DNA of 63,934 nt, filler included, from Collodictyon triciliatum (lineage: Eukaryota), in the NCBI GenBank assembly GCA_043381765.1. It is 5 parts of 5 records of this genome, joined end to end, with 100 filler letters (N's around TTAATTAATTAA, not from the genome) between each part and the next. Parts side by side here need not be neighbours in the genome. Positions count along the whole stretch, not along the records: positions 14,702 to 29,287 come from JBHJMP010001799.1; positions 29,388 to 43,952 come from JBHJMP010001800.1; positions 44,053 to 58,609 come from JBHJMP010001801.1; 2 more parts are not named here. One strand, written 5' to 3'. The notes below the pieces were generated by a model that did not search any database, had not been told where the DNA came from, and was given only the letters and a program-made list of their open reading frames with translations. This document shows, one piece after another, positions 29,111 through 48,600 of the stretch. A program made the position numbers and the translations under genes. Within the stretch, counting starts at the first letter, position 1, and every line of letters starts with the position of its first letter.

Positions 29111-29752
29111 GTGAGAAAAGAAAAACAAAACATGTTTGTGTACAGGTTTGTTTGTCCTCATATACAGATAATCTTTCTCTCGCTAGACATATGCAAAAAT
29201 CTGTTGTAACTATTCGTGATCGATATGTACATACTGTTGCTGTTTAATCATATGTTTGCTGGTTGATAGTAATTTTCCGGCTCCATANNNNNNNNNNNNN
29301 NNNNNNNNNNNNNNNNNNNNNNNNNNNNNNNTTAATTAATTAANNNNNNNNNNNNNNNNNNNNNNNNNNNNNNNNNNNNNNNNNNNNACAAAACAAAACA
29401 AAACAAAACAAAACAAAACAAAACAAAACAAAACAAAACAAAACAAAACAAAACAAAACAAAACAAAACAAAACAAAACAAAACAAAAGAAGCCAAGTAA
29501 AGAAAAAAGATTATAATCAATTGTGAGCGCCAACGTGTATATCCGTACTTGTTGAATTCGGGGCATGTCATCACATTTCTTGGATATACTATCGATTCCA
29601 TATTTGTAATGCATAAAAGGTATGATTAAACTATTCGATCAAAAACCAGGGACGAGATCAGCGCCGATCACGCAACACAACAAAACCGCTCAAACAAACC
29701 CAGCAGGACAGAAGACGACGGGAAAAAAAAACGAAAAAGAAAACTTGGACGA

Positions 29753-30152
29753 ATGCCCATCGGTCTGACTGATCTCCTTGTCATCGGTGTTGTCGGAGCC
29801 GTCTTTATTGGTACGCCCACGTCAAACACACTTAAATGAAAAAAAGAAAAAGGTTGAAAAAAATAAAGAAAAAAAAAAAGAAAAAGCTGCGTATGGAAAG
29901 ATTCGGACCGTGCATGTCTCCACGTCTATTGAGGCGCGAATACAAAACATGTTTACAGGGCCTCGACGTCTGCTGCCTCGGCTGAAAGAGAGTGCAAAGT
30001 ATGTCCGAGAAGCCTTCGATTCCGCCAAGGCTGAGTCGGAGGTGATTACACAGGCAGCATCGAAAATGCAGAACAGCCAAAAGGAAGGCCCCGGCGCAAC
30101 CCCGACTCCGCCAGCAGCACCGCAGCAAACAAACCCGCCAAAGGGCGATTGA
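29753..30152 (+). CDS. TatA/TatB-like twin-arginine translocase subunit, 83 aa, two exons (29753-29810, 29959-30152)
   Basis: A phase-1 GT-AG intron joins the exons to give MPIGLTDLLVIGVVGAVFIG-PRRLLPRLKESAKYVREAFDSAKAESEV...PPKGD*. This is an N-terminal TM helix, a GP hinge, an amphipathic helix and a disordered tail. Confidence 0.7.
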
Positions 30153-30326
30153 GTCCGCCTCAGCACAAAGAAACCAACATGTGAATGAACACAGAAAAGC
30201 ACAACACAGCCGATCGTGCGAGCCGAGAGAAGCCACATGTCCACAAGGAAAAGAGAGGGTTGCAAGGAGTTTATGCGAGCGTGGGAAGTGGCCAAGGTGA
30301 ATTGTGCCCGTGCTGCGGCTCTGTAT

Positions 30327-33291
30327 TTATGTTGCCTTGCAATACGTCTTGTGTTCTTTCCATTCTTTCTTCTGGCACTCCTGGTTGCAGTACCACACGC
30401 CTTTGCAGCGCGAGCATCGGAACTGCGCCCCTTTGGCTCGGCACTTCGAGCAGTAGTAGGTTGGGTTTGGAGCGTAGTGGACCGAGGGCAGGATTTGGCG
30501 GTCGAGTAGCTGCACATCGTCAGACGGCGGAGGATACTGAAGCGCGTGTGGTCGCACTAGTTTTGGTTTTGGTTTTGGGTTTGGTTTCGGTTTTTGTTGT
30601 TGGGTTATGCACGAAAGCTTATGATGTGGGTATGTGCCTGTGTTTTGGAGTGCGGCTTACGATTTGTCACGTAGCCTTGCAGGTACGATAAAGCCCCTTG
30701 AGAGTTTGACCATATTGTGATGTAGTTTCTCGCATACACAACACCCTGGCGTTTTCATGAGTCATCATCGTTATTTTCCACTTTTATCTACTCTATGTAT
30801 GTATGTATGTATGTATGTATGTATGTATGTATGTATGTATGTATGTATGTATGTATGTATGTATGTATGTATGTATGTATGTATGTATGTATGTATGTAT
30901 GTATATGCGAAAGAGAGAAAAGTGATACTTGCCTCAGCCTCGCTTCGGATTGCATAACGCTCTGGTGGCGGCGGCATTGTTTTCTCACCGAGTAAAAAAG
31001 GTAGGATTTGGGGATTGAAATCACCCTATAGTATTAGGAGGCGTTAGATGATTAGGTGGCTTGGCCCAGTTTAATATCTTTTGTGAACGCAATAAAGGCA
31101 ATTAGGGATTGCTCTAGTTCATACGGCTTTTCCGATCAAATCGAAGAATTCCATCGCCTAAAAAAAAGGATGCCTTTGATTATCGTATTTTAAAGGTAGA
31201 TTCAAGTCTCAATAGATTTTTTTCCGAAGAAATAGCTTCAGCATGCTAATAAAAGTATTTAAGAAAAAAAAGAAGCAGAAAAGGCACATCCATTCAATTC
31301 CATCCAAAAACTAAAGCAGGAAACAAACCTTGACCATGTCATTGTCTTGTTGGAAGGCACATAAAGAGACAGAGTAAAAGTAATCAGCTACGGGGATGTG
31401 GTTTGATGTTTGTCTTAGAATACCACGGAGTTCAGCCGGTTTATCGCAAGTAAAGTACAGGTAGACAAGGTTGACTCTGGATAGCAGTATGTCTTCTTTG
31501 TCTGTATTATACACAAACCTGGTTGAGTGGGTTTATTTAGAAAGAGAAAACAGAGACATTCACCACGCTGGAGTGTTTATACTCTGGATTCAAGTAAAGG
31601 AAAACATACAGAAGCCGTGCATCAGCTTCTTTGAAGCTTCCACTCTTTGAATAAACATATCCAAGCCTCTGCTTTATCACAAGGTCGGACAATCGAAGTG
31701 CATCCGCTGCGCGCATATTTAATAATATGATTTTAGCTAGAGAATTTATGATTTTGTAGATGGGTTGGTGAAGGACAAGTAGAATATTTGAAATTCACTT
31801 ACAAATAACAACAGCCTCGGGAAAAGATGAAGTAAAGGACTGGACTTTTCCAATAAGCTCATCAGACATTTTGCTGGCGATTTCTAAGTACTCAGCGGCC
31901 TGAGATAGTGATGCTGCGCTTTCTTCTGCAAGTAAAAGGTATGATTCCGGCACCTCACTCTGTGAAAGTACATCGAGCATACGAAAATGATTATGGGTTT
32001 GAGTTTTTATCACAAAAAGTATATACATGCAAATATCTGTAATATGTTTTATTTTAAGCGGTGAATGGGATATCGAGAATATGTCTACCAGAAGATGTGC
32101 AGCTTCAACTCGAGCAGCGACGTAATGGCGATCGTAGACATCGTAATACTGGACCTGCTTTCTGTAGTTTAATCATGATGAGAACGGTGATTACATATTG
32201 GGAGGAAACAAAAAAAAAGCGAAATAGTTGTGTTCATCAATAGATTTTTATCCATTTCCAAGAACAGCTGCGTAATACTAAGCATGCGGATGTTACAAAG
32301 TGTTTTGCAGTATCTAAAAGAAAATTTCATGTAGATTACGTTAAGATAGAAAAAATATCCTCTAGCTCAGGAGGCATCACAGTATCCTCAAATTTACTCT
32401 TCCATGCAGCAAAACCCTGAATGAATAGAATGATGAACCCATTCAGTAAAATTCATTTTGGATGGTGGGATTTGCGTGCTATGACGTTTATAGTAATAGA
32501 GACATTTATAATGCAATAACCAGGTTCTATGCTCAAAGACACGATCAAAATATAGCGAAGGCAGTAAAAAAAAAAAAAAGATAGAGACTTCTGACTCATG
32601 CCGTATGTTGAGGAGACGAATACTTTGCGAAACTTTTGCGCTATATTTGGGAACAGATATCCCTGCTGCAGAAGCGGGCGCATCAAGTCCTCGTCTGATT
32701 TCTCATCCTGCCGAAGTCTCCATTGTTCAAACTGTGGGCCAATACACTTTGAGAAAAAAAAAGCCAACCACAAGACTTGCCAATTGATTCCCAAAATACA
32801 TGAATATAGATATATATAAATTATAAAAGCAAGGTAGGGCGTGTAAAGTGCCTTAGCCAGCACTATGAGAAAAGGGATAACCGAAAGAACAACTCGTCAA
32901 CGTCCAATTAGCCTGGCCTTTGCGGTAATTATGCGGAAGGGTCTCCTCGAGAAGCAGAAGAGAGTAAATGAAAGGAAGAAAAAAAATACTTCAGCACTGT
33001 CAGAAGAATCCTGGCGCTCCTGCTCTTCACGCCGAAATCGTTGCGGACTTATGATCCTGGAGAGGAGTGGGAGCATTTCGGCCATTCGAAGCAAGCGCAG
33101 CGGATTGACAACAACCTCGGACGACATCGCTGAGGAAGGGCTGGGGATCTCTTCTTCGCCTCTGGTTTGGACTTCAGGAAAAGAAAAGAAGAAGAAAAAG
33201 AAAAAAGACGCATGAATTGAGTGATGAGCATTCATGTTGCAGGCTTGTGTTGCCTAGCACCTTGATAGCCTCCTTCGGGCCTTGCATCCAT
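30327..33291 (-). CDS. Helical-repeat (TPR/ST7-like) protein with a C-terminal MYND zinc finger
   Basis: The last exon [31 protein letters not shown] is a zf-MYND. Upstream exons give [37 protein letters not shown] and TPR-like helices. Start [10 protein letters not shown] is tentative. Confidence 0.75.
30794..30904. repeat. (ATGT)n intronic microsatellite
   Basis: Seen directly; lies inside the GC-AG intron of the MYND gene. Confidence 0.95.
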
Positions 33292-33663
33292 CTGGCAACC
33301 TGCGGATTGGATGCTGTGCTGCTGGCTGTGTATTTGTTGATTTTTGTTCAATTTTTTGGAGAAGCAGATTCTAGTTGCTTTTTATCTAATCATGGAAATT
33401 ATTAATTTAGTTGTAATAATAATTAATGAATGGGTTGATATGATATATAATGTAATATTCTGAACAAGTAGATATATATACATTGTTAATTCTAGGGAAA
33501 TTGTGTATTTTTTTCCCGGAACTTTGCCATTCTCGCCTTCCGAACATTTAAACCACACCCAATCTCGTTCTTCGACGCGCCATAAGGCAACTCAAAGCCG
33601 CGCAGAAACCAAGGCCGGTGATCGTCCGTCCAAGCCCGAGGCACCTGCTGCGGAAGAAGCGGC

Positions 33664-33763
33664 ACACACAAACACACAAACACACAAACACACAAACACA
33701 CAAACACACAAACACACAAACACACAAACACACAAACACACAAACACACAAACACACAAACAC
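33664..33763. repeat. (ACACAAAC/ACACACAAAC)n repeat just upstream of the eIF4G start codon
   Basis: Seen directly. Confidence 0.9.
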
Positions 33764-33796
33764 GCGATGCTGATTGAGCCACCATAGTAGAGCACG

Positions 33797-40672
<6,876 letters not shown>

Positions 40673-41128
40673 GAAACAATTGACTTTTGATTCCTTCGTT
40701 TGAGCCCCTTTCGTTCCTGTTTTTCTTTTTCATTCTTCTCCAGAGTATGTTAAATCTAATTTTTCGTGATTTTTTTTTAATTCCATAATTAAGCAATTCC
40801 AGTTTAGCTGCGTGTTGGTAGCAACATTAGCGCGCATTTCCTGACCAGTTTTGACTTTTGCAAATAGGGATGCAAAGACGTCTTCTGAAATTAAAGAAAG
40901 GAATCTACGAAATCTACAGCCAGAATGCCAACCCGCGGTCAACTCTCTATGGAAAATCAGACAATCAAAGATATAAAAGAAAAAGATTCTACGGATGAGA
41001 GAGAGAGTATGGTCGGACACAGTAAGTGGCCAGATGGTTATAATCGGACTCTGATTTTCGCGCGCAGGTATTAGCGTGCAGAAATACGCTTGAATCGAAT
41101 AGATGTTGGTGCAGTTTTCATTCTCTTT

Positions 41129-41735
41129 CTATTCTTTTGGAACATCGAGATTTCTTAACTGGTGGTGTGAAGCTGACATTCGATAGGGGCAAGGAAGGGC
41201 CTTCAGCCAAGTAATCTTCTGCTTGAAATACCATGTTGCACAAATTGATAATTTTGATAAGCTGCGTGGCGATTGTGAATGAAGAAACGAAGAGCAAAAG
41301 GAGAAGAAAACATTCAACGAATCACAGTTGATGCATTGCAATTTCCCCAGACTGATATGATTGGTGAGAGAGAAAGAGAGAAATGGTGTACCATCTTTGA
41401 ACTCCCTGCAGAAACTGCTGTGCGAAGCAGCCGGGGACTACAGAATGGTATACGAGACGCAAAGAATAGAAAGTACGCGGAAGCGAGCACGTGTAAAGAG
41501 AACGACGCGACATGAATACGCACACGGGAATGACCGACCACGCAAGCATTTCAGAAGTCGACATTTCCAGGGAAGTGGGGCTGAAAAAGAGAGATAGAAG
41601 AAACGGAAGCAGGAGAGAAAAAAAAATAAAACATTCTTTCGGTTCATAAAAATGAATCATCTGGTTATTCGAGAGTTCATCAGACAGGAAGGAAGGGTTA
41701 TTGAGGAGGGGTTTCCCTCCGCCCCGGGGTTGCAT
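41129..41735 (-). CDS. Possible small spliced hypothetical gene
   Basis: Four segments with plausible GT-AG junctions can be joined in an open frame (MQPRGGGK...LDVPKE*). A second frame is also open and no motif is recognisable. Confidence 0.25.
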
Positions 41736-41762
41736 TCTATCGCCAACTACTAACCCACGAGA

Positions 41763-41860
41763 AAACAAACAAACAAACAAACAAACAAACAAACAAACAA
41801 ACAAACAAACAAACAAACAAACAAACAAACAAACAAACAAACAAACAAACAAACAAACAA
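41763..41860. repeat. (AAAC)n microsatellite
   Basis: Seen directly. Others: (TTTTG)n about 43105-43220, (AAAG)n about 43860-43951, (TTTTTC)n about 44053-44155, (ATTT)n about 45563-45661, (AAAAC)n about 14702-14832 and 29388-29487. Confidence 0.95.
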
Positions 41861-41943
41861 GCAAGCAAGCAAACAAACCGAGTGAGCCGGTCATTGTCAT
41901 CACAGGTCAATAAGAAAATGCTGTGGCAGACCATGTCTCTTTA

Positions 41944-43730
41944 TCAGAGGGTGTAGCGAGACAGGAAAGACCACATCTGTCGGCTGGCGTCAAGGTCGTT
42001 GTTTCCGCCGGGATAGCCAGGCGAACCAGGCCAGTAGAAATGCGACTCGCCCTCTGAAAAGCAGGCGGTCACATTGGCTTGGATTCCTCCACCCTGAAAG
42101 GAAAAAGGTTGTGGATAGAGAATAGGTGATTTAGTGATTCTTTAAAGTTTCTGTTTGGTGTAGCATTTCGATGCAGGTTAGAAGCAGATGGCGGGCGCAG
42201 ATTGATTTGCCGATATCTTTGGGTGAATGCAAACCTGGATTGGGCAGCCCTCTGTGCGAGCCGTGCATGTTGTGACTCCGCCCTGGAAAGACACTGTTCC
42301 AGTGCTTTGTCTGCAGCCGGTCAGGTAGAGCCAGTCGCTAATGATTGATTCAATTATTTAACTGCATGAATCGAAAGATTTCAACGGATGATGAGATTGA
42401 TTGAGTTCTAAATTTGAATAATATTGAAAGAAACCCAAGAGAGGGAGCATATGTAAACATACTCGATAACTTTGATAGATAAATCAGTTGGACAGAATGG
42501 GTCGTTGGTTCCAACGAAGAACAAAAGCGGCATCGGACGGGCTGGACGGCAGTTGGAAAGAATCTTAACCGTTTTATATATATAGGGGAGAAGAGGATGC
42601 GATTCATTAGTTTGAAAACTTTGTGCGAATGGATACGCTTGTTATAAGTTCAATGAGACAAAATATTAGCTCTGCATTCTTGAGTGCTTAGACAAGACTG
42701 GTGATCAATAGTTGAAGTTACAATAGACTTGAATGAATGGATACAGTTGACAAGGTCGCGGAAAATGTATATTTCTAGTGACTTTATGTTTGAGATCCAC
42801 AGTTTAACGTCCCAAACCTGTGATTCAAAAGGGTCATATCCAGCCATTGTGGCAAAAGCGGCAAATAAGTCTGCAGCGTCGCAAGCAAGGCGGAAACTCA
42901 TTGCGGCACCGTTAGAAAATCCTTGATATTGGATTCCAATATGTATGACATGGAAAAAAAAATGAATTTCATATTTCCTCAATAATCTTAACTATAATAA
43001 ATAGGGGATGGTTGGTCGCAAATAAAAGGAGAAAATTATGTAAATGGATCAAGGTAAAACAAAAAAATGGTAAATTTTATTGCTAGACTTTGCATCCATC
43101 CCTTTTTGTTTTGTTTTGTTTTGTTTTGTTTTGTTTTGTTTTGTTTTGTTTTGTTTTGTTTTGTTTTGTTTTGTTTTGTTTTGTTTTGTTTTGTTTTGTT
43201 TTGTTTTGTTTTGTTTTGTTTAGGTTAGGGTAAATGAAACAAACCGACTACGTAAATACGACTTGAATCAACAAGATATTTACGAGAAATGTCAGCTACA
43301 ACAGAGCGGATGAATCCGACATCGTCAACATCTGTACATTATCAAAAGCGTGTGCATGCACACGAATGAACATTTGCATATAATATGAAGCAATTTTCAA
43401 ATGGTTGTTATATATCCTATTTTATTTTTATGGCACATTCATTTTTCTTTCCTTTAATAAAAATAAAATCTAATCCATTCTGGTTTTTATTTCAAAAATG
43501 TGTTGTGGGACACAAACTCGGGTATGCAGGAGCACAGCAGCTGGGACCAGCGTTCCATGAGCGACCATAACCCCGAGGATGCCTTTTGTGCAATGTCGGT
43601 ATCAATCAATGAATATATTGTTGCAATTGATCATAAATCAATCGAGAATCAAATACACTGGTTAAAGAAGCTCTCACACAATCAGAAACTTGTTTTCTTC
43701 TGCAACCAACTCCAAGTGGGAAAAAGCCAT
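41944..43730 (-). CDS. LpqC/LpqP-like (PHB depolymerase-type) alpha/beta-hydrolase esterase, 5' part lost in the gap
   Basis: Spliced: VAEENKFLIVHPRGYGRSWNAGPSCC..VDDVGFIRSVV..VDSSRIYVVGFSNGAAMSFRLAC..GTNDP..GESHFYWPG..DASRQMWSFL. The Ser-Asp-His triad is intact. Confidence 0.85.
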
Positions 43731-43860
43731 CTATATCGTATGAAATGCAAAAATGAAATGAACCGATCCAACCAGGAAAAAAAAAATAACAGGAGACGAA
43801 TGATAAAAAAAAAAAATGATAATAATGAATGACCAAGGAACGAGAAATGAAAGGAATGAA

Positions 43861-43952
<92 letters not shown>

Positions 43953-44197
43953 NNNNNNNNNNNNNNNNNNNNNNNNNNNNNNNNNNNNNNNNNNNNTTAA
44001 TTAATTAANNNNNNNNNNNNNNNNNNNNNNNNNNNNNNNNNNNNNNNNNNNNTTTTTTCTTTTTCTTTTTCTTTTTCTTTTTCTTTTTCTTTTTCTTTTT
44101 CTTTTTCTTTTTCTTTTTCTTTTTCTTTTTCTTTTTCTTTTTCTTTTTCTTTTTCGTTCTCTTTATAATATCATATGACATATGTAACTCGCTCAAG

Positions 44198-44739
44198 TGC
44201 CGGCTCCACCTCAAAAGAAGATTAGGATTATTGCACCAACGCCACGAGGTACGCTTCGATTCGTAAAACTAGACTCACGGCCTCTACCATCATTCTCAAA
44301 GAATGCATCACGTATGATTGGGATATCTTCTAATGGATCCTTAAATACATTCCAAATGAGATTTGCCCTTATTGAATACTAATCATAATAATAATAATAA
44401 AAAGACGATCCAGGTCATGATATGTTACATTCGACATCACATGGTGAGTCCAGCGGGCACCGAGATTCGTTTGAAGAAAGCAATCCGTTTACCCCCCACG
44501 AAAAGACTCCTCTCATAAACAGAGGCAGACAGTCCCCAGATTCGAGATATGGCTCAAAGTCGTACTTTAAGGTAGACTATAGACCAGGAAGTGGAGGAGA
44601 TGAGGCCTATGACGAAGAAATATCTGAAATCAGAACAGATAAGCCGAACAAAAGGAAACGAAATGTTTACTTGATCAGCTTCGGATTGGTTGCTGCTGCT
44701 ACCATCTCATGCGCAATATACTTTGCCAGCACTTCTTAA
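44198..44739 (+). CDS. 3' exons of a predicted tail-anchored membrane protein
   Basis: Exon 44198-44248 (GTACGC donor) joins in phase to 44414-44739 (TACTAAT branch, CAG acceptor). It ends KRKRNVYLISFGLVAAATISCAIYFASTS*: a basic patch, a TM helix and a very short tail. Confidence 0.5.
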
Positions 44740-45220
44740 CCTACACAACCTCAGTACTGAAGATGTGCTTGTGGATGCTGATTGCCCGCCAGTGTTCCTT
44801 CGTCTTTTGGAGGCAATTGCAATCGGTCGTATAAGAAGAAAAAAAAACTCCCTTTTTTTTTTCCTTCTTAGATACCACAATAAAAGCCAGAGTCTGCATG
44901 CAAAACTTTTTATTCATATGTCTATCCCTTCATGTATCATGATTTCATGAATTGATTAAGAGTCAGATGTCATCGTCCCAATAGCCTCTTTCTATGATTG
45001 ACACAAGAACAAAGGATGATTTCAAAACTCTGATTTTGACAGATTGGCTCAAATCCTCTGCCAGTCGGGTTGCGCAAGTCAACATCCTTTTTCTTCTTTT
45101 TTACGTGGTAATAACGAGTCGTCTGCTGGGCAAGAGCGTTGATACTTTACCGATGCGGACAACTGTTTCTTATTCTAGGAGCTTTGGTGCACAGATAAGA
45201 GACTCGGGAAAAGCGTGGCG

Positions 45221-45564
45221 ATGGGGATCTTTGATGGAGTTGTATTCTGCCTTGTCGGCATCGACGGAAAGGAGCGCCGCGACTTGGTCGATCTTGTCTG
45301 CAAAAACGGAGGAAAGATTTCATACCTTGTCACTGATCAGGTAGGTGAAGAAAAGTATATTCCCAGACCATGGCACTTTCCCGTTCATTTCTTCCTGTTG
45401 GCCGTTTTTCGCGTCTCATGCGCCTTATCTTCGTTCGTTCTAGCTTGTATTTGGGTTGTGAATCATACTGAAAATCATAGCATATTTCACTTTGAACTTA
45501 CTTGCCTATATTTCCTTATGTTTCTCTTTTATCTTTGCCTTTTTACCTTATATCGTTTTTTAAT

Positions 45565-45659
<95 letters not shown>

Positions 45660-48600
45660 TTCTTCCTCTAATTTTGTGCAAGATGGTGAAGATGTTGGCT
45701 ACCTTATATTGTATTATACATTCTAATGGATCTTAATCGACATCTCAGGTAAACTACATCGTTACGTTAGAGTCCCAAATCCTGCCTCAGCCGACCTATT
45801 CTATCAATCTCGCCCTGAGGAAAGGGCTGCGGCTTGTTGCAGCTTCCTTTATATATGAAAGTACGACAAGCAAAACGCTTATGGACCACCGCTCATTTAC
45901 TCTTGGAGATTCCTCTCAAGATACACCGCAGGTTCATACAGTCTTGGATGCAATTATAGAACCCTCTATTAGAGCCAAAGAACAGCCCGTTTTCGCACCT
46001 GAGAACACATTCACGGATGAGAGATTCCCTCCAATCTGCGACATTCCTCAAGCACCTCAGGAAACATCCCACAGCAAACATAACGACACAGTAAAATTTT
46101 CGTTACCTTTTTTTTTTTTTTTTGATGGTCCCCAGAAACATATCGATACCTCTCTTAATAATGAGTGTATTAAACTGATTAAGAAAATAATCAAGGATGG
46201 CGACGAGGATGACTTCAACATCGCAAATATTGACTTTAGTGGCAATCATCCTTCAAAAATACCGGGGCATGTATCGTTGCATCATGTCCGCCTTGCTAAG
46301 GCAAAAAGAGCAACGTTCATTCCAACAAAACTGCATGAGTCTTTTTTTGCACCGGATCCTCAAACTTTCCTGGGCAGTCCAACCAGCCCTGTAGACGATA
46401 TTTTAAGAAGCTCTCTGAATGCAATACCTTCAGAGAAAACCGTAAATTTCGATTATTCAATCCACAGTCGCCCCTCTTGCTTTTTCGTTTATTGCGACCC
46501 TACAGAAATAAGCTATTGCCCGATTATATGTATGAATAACTGAGTATTCTCTTCGTTCATACTGTTGACATATCACCCAATTTTTAGTATACGATAATGA
46601 ACGTAGCTGCCATGCCTGAATATCTATCATATTCTATCGATGAAATACGATACATGCATTACCTCTGGCTGGAAGGCAAGAAATACATCGCAAACCAAGG
46701 CGGAGATGCACCAGTGGACACGACGCCTAGCTCCAACAACGAAGATTGTTTCTCACTGGCGCCCACTTACAATCAATGTTATTCATCTGATACATCTGAT
46801 GTTGCGCCAGAAGCGAAGGAGACAGAGAAGGAATTCGTGGGGGATGTAAAAGCGAGCAAATCAGACCCAAATTACATCGAATCTAGCTATTTTCATCAAG
46901 AGATGTCTATGCTATGGGGGACTGGTCATGGCTTCCAGACTGGCACCGGCCGAAGTCCATCCACATATATTCAGTATCAAAACTGCAAAGTAACGCCTAC
47001 AGACCAACAAAGTAAGAGAATATTTTTACCCACATTCTAAATCATTTTAAGGGAGGCAATCCATTTTTCATTTCATAAATTCGTGTTTGATGTGCGCTTA
47101 GGTATTCTGAAGAACGTTAGCGTATTCAGTGTTGGAAGATTACACTCAGCACTCGTTACAAAAGAAGGAATGCTTTTCACCTGTGGTCATGGGTCCCTTT
47201 TCTCTTACTTTTTTTTTTTACCTTTTTTTATATTTATTTTTATAGACTAAATCAGCTTAAAATTCTGGCTTTATATATGTTTGTGATTTGATTTTTTCTC
47301 TTTGAAATATCAGTCGAAATTGCCAGCATTTTTTTATGAATATTTGTTTGACACAAGAGTATTCAAATGTTGTTATGTAGTAAGTATGGTCGGCTTGGGA
47401 ATAATAATACGAAAAACACGTCATTTTTCACTCGCATAGGACACTCTTTATCTGATAAGTAACTAAGCAATATATTTATGTGTTTATTAAATTTGATAAA
47501 ATCATTTTCACATTTTTTTATTTAATCTTTTTATTTTTCTTTTCGTAGTACGCAATTTATCTGAATGAAGAAACCACTTAGTTTCGTATTGAATATATTA
47601 CTCGAAAATATGATCATTGATTAACCAAAGTTAATGTCACACAATGAAAATAATATTTGTTAAAATACTATCGAAAATCGCCAAAAGAATCGTTGTGACG
47701 GTTTCGTGTGGTGGAGCCCACACTGTTGCCCTGTGCAATGGTGGTCAGGCATATTCTTTTGGAAAAAATTCATATGGACAACTTGGTCTAGGAGACATGT
47801 GAATACCTTTCTCCCTTTTCTTTTCTTTTCTTTTCTTTTCTTTTCTTTTCTTTTCTTTTCTTTTCTTTTCTTTTCTTTTCTTTTCTTTTCTTTTCTTTTC
47901 TTTTCTTTTCTTTTCTTTTTCATCCTTTTTCATCCTTTTTCATCCTTTTTCATCCTTTTTCATCCTTTTTCATCCTTTTTCATCCTTTTTCATCCTTTTT
48001 CATCGACTAGTGTCTTTCCCATAATCGATATCATGATTTAAGCAATCAAGATAGGACAAGTAACTATAGTGTTATGGCTCAATTTATGTATATAGGGAGC
48101 CAAGATATTCGCCTGAATTGGTCAGACTGCCGAAAAGTACGTCCTTATGTGCCGTTGCCTGTGGCTCAAACTTTACTTTGGCTTTGGACACGGTGGGGCA
48201 AGCATGGGGTTGGGGAAACAACGAACATGGTCAAAGCGGTAAACTAAAAAGAGGGAACCAGGTAAACACCTTGTTCTTAAAGAGAAATGGCAATAGATGA
48301 ATGAAATATGACTTGTGGAGGCTAGTGCCGCACAAGAGATAAAAATAGTGAAAAACATGGTTACAGAAATCATTAATATATATAGGTAATATCCACCCCG
48401 ACCAACTTCATGTCGGTTCCAAAAAACCGCTTTGTTGGCGTTGCGTGTGGAGACGAACACGCACTGCTTCTAACAGCCAAAGGGCAAGTGTATAGCAAGG
48501 GAAATGATATATTCGGACAATTGGGAATTGGAACTCAGGTGCTCAATTTTTTAAAAGAAAAAGGTGTTCTTTCATAAGATTTGCTTAAAATGTAACTTTC

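Noticed and set aside
44160-44345. Minus-strand reading GGAGT-TGA suggesting readthrough or selenocysteine in the esterase N-terminus
   Set aside because: The segment is better explained as a + strand exon and intron of the tail-anchored protein; there is no HG motif or SECIS evidence.
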